Origin: Psammoneis japonica
Taxonomy: Eukaryota
Assembly (NCBI GenBank): GCA_008632985.1
Contig: QPGO01000035.1
Span: 483,899 to 547,898 of the forward strand
DNA length: 64,000 nt
Reading direction: 5' to 3'
The position numbers were made by a program, and so were the translations under genes. Shown here piece after piece: positions 58,210 through 64,000 of this stretch. The notes below the pieces were generated by a model. The model saw nothing but the letters and a program-made list of their open reading frames with translations. It ran no database searches and was not told the origin of the DNA. The first letter of the stretch is position 1. Every line of letters starts with the position of its first letter.

Positions 58210-58850
58210 GATGCTTTTGTCCCCCCTGCGGTCACCTCCTGCTGAACGCAGCAAAGAATGAGACTCTAAAGCCAAGGCACAGAGCACGGACAAGGGCCAG
58301 TGATGAGAACTGATTGAACAGTGCATTGTGAAATTCCCAGGTTTTGAACATGTTGGAAACAGGGTGGGACGAGAGACAAGAGCTCTGGCCTCAAGAGCCG
58401 GCCATGCAGAACAAAGGGCTGCCGAGGAGCTTCTGTCACATCATCATGGAGAGGAGTGCAGGGCAAATTGCTTCTTGTCATGCTTGCACTGCACCACCTT
58501 CTGAGCAGGTGTGTCTTGATTTTTCCCAGGTGGGCAACAATGCACCCAGTGATGACATGTTGTGCCGCACATCTTGAAGAGCCTGCTGGAGTGATCCCCT
58601 CTGTGCGGCACCCAGCACTTTGCAGCAAATGACCGCACAACAGCCGCCAGCATGTTCCCCAGCATTTTGCACAAATGAGCTTGAAAAAAGCCCCACGCTG
58701 CTGCTGCAAACCCACCTGCGGCCTTCAGCCCCCCTGGGTTGCTGCAGCCCGAAAAAGGGTGTGCACTTTTCTTGTGTGGTGTGAGTGTGAAGGAAAAAGG
58801 TTTTGAGCCAGATTTTGAATGGCAGTGAAACTTGTGTGAACAAGCACATG
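58210..58850. mobile_element. Small TpA-depleted TE-like patch in the divergent RNR1/ABCG intergenic region
   Basis: TpA nearly absent, CpG partly retained; no intact ORF. Confidence 0.35.
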
Positions 58851-59146
58851 TAATCGGCGACACAATCATTGTTACACCCACAAAACAATGATCAACTCCG
58901 AACCAGTCACATCGAAGACTGCTCAGGGGTGCTTCTGCTTCGTTGGAACAGCGCGATTTTCGTGGAAGCGACAAAAAAATGTGGCGCATCACGCGAAGCG
59001 CAACACTGCATGCAGAAGCACGGAGCACGCCACGCACTTTTTTCCTTTTTGATCGATGTCGATCGCACAGCAACATCCAACATCTGCTCTCATTTATCTT
59101 CGCAATCGCGACTGCTATAGATACACCCGTTTAGATATAGGCTACC

Positions 59147-61487
59147 ATGATGGAGCAACCCTCGGAGGAGAACGGTGTGGTGGATGTGGAGGAGGCCCAC
59201 AAAAACGGTGCGGTGGATATAGAGGAGGCTGCCCACAAAATGGAGAACGGCAATGGCGCTGTTGTTTCCGAGAAGAAATCCGTGACCGTTTCTGGCGGCA
59301 GCAACAGCGGCGGCGGTGTTTCGCGCAGAAAACTGTCTCGTCACCAGTCCTCTGGAATGGAATCGAGTGTCTTTCGTTTCAAGGATGTGGATTTTGTTGT
59401 TGATCAGGGAAAGCGCAAGGAAAAATCTATTCTGCAGAACGTGAGCGGGACCGTCAAGTGGGGGCGTGAGTTACTTTCAAACTTGTCGATGATAGCTCGA
59501 CTTCTTTTCTGTTATTCTGACAGTTCCAATTCTTTCTTTCTCCTTTTTGCAGACGTTCTCGCGATCATGGGTCCGTCGGGTGCGGGCAAAACGACGCTCA
59601 TTTCAGCTCTCACGCTGGATGCCTCTTTCGGACAATCCTATGGATCCGTGACGCTCAATGGCGTCAAAATGTCTGACAAGATTTTCAAGAAGCATTGTTA
59701 TGGTGCGTGTGAAATGAGAAAATTGACAAGTGTTTTGTTTGAAACTAGTTTCTGAAACTAACATCTATTCCTCATTCCACTTGTTTTCAGTCGTCAAGCA
59801 GCAAGACAAGCACTGGCCCTATCTCTCGGCACGCGAGACGCTTTCCTATGCCGCCGAGTTGTACAATGTTGCTGACAAGGCTGACATTCCCGAGGTTGTT
59901 GATGAAATTGTGGAAAAAATGGGTCTCCAGACCTGTGTCGATACACGCTGTGCCCGTTTGAGTGGCGGTCAACGCCGTCGTCTCTCGATTGCCGTGGCGC
60001 TTCTCAAGCAACCCACTCTGCTCTTTTTGGATGAACCAACGAGTGGTCTCGATGCTGCCGCAGCGAGCAGTATTATGCAAGAAATTATCCGTGTCGCCAA
60101 GGACGAACGTCTTGTGATTTGTTGCACCATTCATCAGCCATCCACCAAGGTGTACAATGGCTTTGATCAAGTCATGATTCTAAGCAAAGGCCGGGAAGCC
60201 TTTGCCGGCAATGTGGACGATGCCATTCCCTACTTTGATTCTGTTGGATATCCACTTCCCCCCGCCATGAATCCCGCCGAACACTTTTTGGATTTGGTCA
60301 ATGCCGACTTTTCGTCGGGCGATGAAGTGGATCGGATTTTGGATAACTGGGAAGAGTGCAAGCCCGATGCCGGATCCATGCACGGCAAGAGTCTTGAAGA
60401 TGATGAACAAGAGGGAGTGGCAAAAATTGCACGGTCCAGTCCACTCAAGGAATTGGCAATCATGTTTCGTCGCCATTTTCAACTTGTCATCCGGGATCCA
60501 ATCTTGTACCTTGGGAGGTGTTTGATTTTTCTCATTGCAAATACTGTCTTTGCGTTTGTGTATTGGAATGCGCGATATTTTACTCAAGACCAAGCTGCCA
60601 ACAAGCTGTGGTTGGTCGTTTGGTTTGTGGGTGTGCCATCCAACAGTGAGTATCAGTATTGCGTGAATTTGCGTTCTTATTAGTCAAATCATGACTTCGT
60701 CTAAGCCAACCTCTGTTCTTCTCTGTTGATTCATTACAGTGGGTGTTGTTGCCGTGTACGCGCTCAATGACGAGTTCAAGTCTATTCAGCGAGAAACTAA
60801 AAACGGAATGGTGACTCCGTCGACCTACATCTTGGCAAAGACCGTCTTGGTCATTCCTATCATGTTTCTCTTTGCGCTCTTTGCCCTTGGCATTCCAGGC
60901 TATGCCATTCAGAACTATCCCCCCAGCAGCTTTGGATTGTCCATTTTGCTGTGGTCCTGTCTGATTTACGTCTTTGAGTGTGTGGCGGAAGCGCTCTCGG
61001 TTGTCTTTGATGATCCCATCATGGGCATGCTGCAGTTTTTGAACTTTTGGTTTGCCAGTTTCTTGTTTGGAGGTGCGTCGGCTTGGATGCCTTTTGTATT
61101 GTGTGAACTTCACGACATGGTCTCACCTTGCTTCCGCCCGTGTATACAGGATTCCTCATTTCGGTGGATGATTTGTACTGGCCGCTCAAGCTCTTTTACT
61201 ACATCATGCCTTACAGCTACTATGTGCGCAGCACCATGTACAATCTCTTTACCAACTCGGATTGGACGCCGTGCTTGGATCCCGAAAACCAGGCTGTCTG
61301 CACCAACAGCACGTCTGGACTTGACGTTTTGGACGAGCTCGGAAAGGTTTATCCGGTTCTGACGAGCGACAATACCATTGCGCAAGACATTGGAGTTCTC
61401 GTTGCCATTGCCATGTTTTACAAGATTGTCTCTGTCGTTGGGATCATGGTGAAATCTCGAAAGGTTTCCAAAATCAAAGAGATGTAG
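59147..61487 (+). CDS. ABCG (White-type) half transporter
   Basis: Walker A GPSGAGKT, LSGGQRRR, LLFLDEPTSGLD, CTIHQPS, NPAEH, C-terminal TMD; introns 59466-59552, 59703-59790, 60646-60739 and 61073-61149. Confidence 0.94.
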
Positions 61488-62009
61488 GGGCTGAAGATGA
61501 GGTGGTTCGAATCTTGTTGTGCACAAAAGTTTATTCTCCTTGCCTTTCCTCTGTCTTGCCCTTTTTATCTTCTCGACATAATATCTTAGTACGCAAGAAG
61601 GTGTGAGCTAGCATCACCGGTTTTGTCTAGTCTGAAGTCTGTGGTGTGGTTGTCTAGCTGCACTCTAGAGGGCACTAAAGGATAGTATCACAGAGTTTCA
61701 TACCGAGCTAGTTAAGTCTTTCCACTCGTGTCGGAGGCTGCTGCACGCCACAACTCTCTTGCCATCGCCAAGAAATAACAGCCTATATTGCAAAAGCAAG
61801 GATTGCTCTGTTCGCCCTTAAATTTTTCTCCTACCCTAAACAACAAAAGAACGAGAATCTTCTAGAGAGTCATTAAGCTGAACGTTTTTCACTGAGACGC
61901 AACTACTACTCATTACTTTAGGTATACCGTATTACATGTCATTCCGTTGGCACCGTAATATGGAATCGTTCCCCGCCGCCGCCGCCGCCGCTTCTTGTTA
62001 CCATTTCAA

Positions 62010-63137
62010 TCAAGCATCAAGATTGCCGTCGTTGTCACTGGAACTGTATTCCTCAACAGTCGAAGACACCCCACAGCTATTTCCCTCCTGGCCAGCTGCG
62101 CGACTTCCTACGGGCGGCGATTCTCCAAGACTAGAAACTTGATCACCTGAATCGTTTCCAATTGCCATAACCAAGTCTACGGGAAGCTGTTTTCCTCCAC
62201 CTGCAGCCCATGCAACGGGGTTGTCGCTATCATAACACGCTTCTCGTAGTGGGGACACTGCAGTCCTATTCGAGTCGCTGCTGGACGAAGACGAGCCGTT
62301 ACGTGAAACGTTGTCGGGTGAAGAGGCAGTACGGGCCTTTTTGTTAGCAGAAGGAATGATTTGATTATCGCGCTTCATCGATTCCAAAGCCCGCTTGCTA
62401 GACCTGTTGACCCGTACGTTAACCTCACGGAGCTTCTCGTGCATCTCAGCTTGGTCACGGTCGCTCTTCTTTTCTGCCTCGGAAAGCCTTGTATTCAGAT
62501 CTTCAACGCGCTCTTCCAGCCATCCGTTTCGATCTTTCAGCCATCCGTTTCGATCTTTCAGCCGTTTGATCTTTTCTTCTTTCTCGGCGTTTTGATGCTC
62601 CAAAGAGATCAAGCGCTCACGATGATCAATAAGATTGGAAAGCTGCTGGACAAACGGCGCTCGAACATCAGGAGGGAGAACACCGACGAAGTGGCCGAAA
62701 CGAAAAAAATGACGATCCCACGTTTCGTAATCATCCAAATCAGTATTCTGCAACTTCACAAAGATCTCCACGACCCTAACTATGGTCAGTGTCGAATCTT
62801 TTTCGAAACCTAAGAACACGAAGTCATGGACAAGGGGTGAGCAATCAGTCGCATGGACGCCGTGGAAGTGTTGAAAAGAGGAACTTACCCATTCCAGCAA
62901 CAGAAGATTCATAACTTTCTGATGCCATGACGGCTTTTCTTGGAGCGTTCGCCTTCTCTTTCTAACGGATTGAAGACACAAGGGAGATGCAAACAACAAC
63001 GTGGTCAGGGAAATGACAAGAAATCTGATGCGTCTCTGCTTTGCGCGGTCTTCAGTAAAACGGCTGCCGCGTAGAAATTGTACCCATGTCCACGTACTAC
63101 CCAAAGTAACGGCAATCAAAGGGAAAAGGGCGCTCAT
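62010..63137 (-). CDS. Hypothetical protein with N-terminal hydrophobic segments and a coiled coil
   Basis: 375-aa ORF; heptad-rich EKEEKIKRLKDRNGWLKDRNGWLEERVEDLN (includes a 21-bp duplication); low-complexity C-terminus. Confidence 0.55.
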   Translation of the reverse strand: MSALFPLIAVTLGSTWTWVQFLRGSRFTEDRAKQRRIRFLVISLTTLLFASPLCLQSVRKRRRTLQEKPSWHQKVMNLLLLEWVSSSFQHFHGVHATDCSPLVHDFVFLGFEKDSTLTIVRVVEIFVKLQNTDLDDYETWDRHFFRFGHFVGVLPPDVRAPFVQQLSNLIDHRERLISLEHQNAEKEEKIKRLKDRNGWLKDRNGWLEERVEDLNTRLSEAEKKSDRDQAEMHEKLREVNVRVNRSSKRALESMKRDNQIIPSANKKARTASSPDNVSRNGSSSSSSDSNRTAVSPLREACYDSDNPVAWAAGGGKQLPVDLVMAIGNDSGDQVSSLGESPPVGSRAAGQEGNSCGVSSTVEEYSSSDNDGNLDA

Positions 63138-64000
63138 CTCGATACCGTAGGTAACGGCTGTCTTTCCCAGGGGGGTGACGAAGCGCTTTCAAGCTGGCGA
63201 TTCAAGAAAGAAATGCAGCCGGATTGCCGACACGTCGGCAGACAACAACATCTTCACAGCAAAAGCGACACGTCCTTGGATCCATACATGGCGTCACGTA
63301 CACGGAATAGTTCTGTACAAAGAGACCACGACACTTCCTCTCCACAATGAGTACAACAAGTCGAACTCACCTTTTTCTTCTTGCTAGCGGCGATCACGTT
63401 AGATGTCTTGACGGTGCGAGCGCTTGAATAGGACGCGACACTGATGTCGTCGTTTGCCATGGTAAGGGGTTATGTATCAGAGAAAGCTTGAGGTTTTGTC
63501 TTGATTGTGAGAGAAAGCGTTGGCGCCCGTCCAAGCTTGCCACGACCGATGGCTCGAAAGAAGTTTGCGAAAAGTTTTCAAGTGGGATTCTTGGGCGGAC
63601 TTTTCCTTCCTCAAAGGCAAAAACCATTCACGATTCTGTCACCGCTAAGAAGCCATGCGCTCAAGAAAGACAGGCTTTTCGTCTCCCCCCCTAGTAACAT
63701 GCCTCAATTAGAGCAGGTACGAAGTGCCTCCGCTCACCTGATAAAATACGAAATCTCTCGATCCTATGCTCATAGCTCATGCCACACAAACACCCAACAT
63801 GACATGTCTGCGCCATCATTTGAATACCTCTCGAGGATGTGGTACCGCTAAAATGAGCCTACGTAGCTGAACTCCAGAATGCTAAACCACAACCCATTAT
63901 TCCCTTGCGATGGTGCACACAACATGAAGCACCTTGCCTTCTCCCCACCCCACACCAACTACACCACCGTTGTCGGCCGCAATAGGCAAGCTATTCTATT

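Overview
Eukaryotic nuclear DNA, most likely from a raphid pennate diatom. This is inferred from short GT-AG introns, bipartite plastid-type N-termini, silaffin-like KxxK and RxL motifs, and CoDi-type Copia and Plavaka-type transposon remnants; the species cannot be determined. The window has two compartments. (1) Gene-rich DNA of normal composition: a secreted Gly/Ser repeat protein, a Fic AMPylase, a TM FG-GAP protein, a HAD 5'-nucleotidase, a LamG-like protein, Mpv17/PMP22, peptidase M23, a DPW/NPF-rich PDZ protein, a VCBS protein with a lysine-rich tail, allantoicase, SHMT, ribonucleotide reductase large subunit and an ABCG transporter. (2) Transposon-derived blocks (about 1.5-13.5 kb, 16.5-27.1 kb, 32.5-33.65 kb, 47.05-50.25 kb and 58.2-58.85 kb) in which TpA, as well as CpG, is almost erased and replaced by CpA/TpG. 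The strongest candidate for an undescribed system is this repeat-targeted TpA->CpA/TpG hypermutation, the opposite direction to fungal RIP. Four lines of evidence inside the window support it: polarised TA->CA changes among three MITE copies, reciprocal CA/TG differences between two sister LTRs, Tyr->His/Cys substitutions in decayed proteins, and zones where TpA is lost while CpG survives. Several host genes carry single-base frameshifts in short homopolymers that are probably assembly errors. All calls were made by eye; no searches were run.
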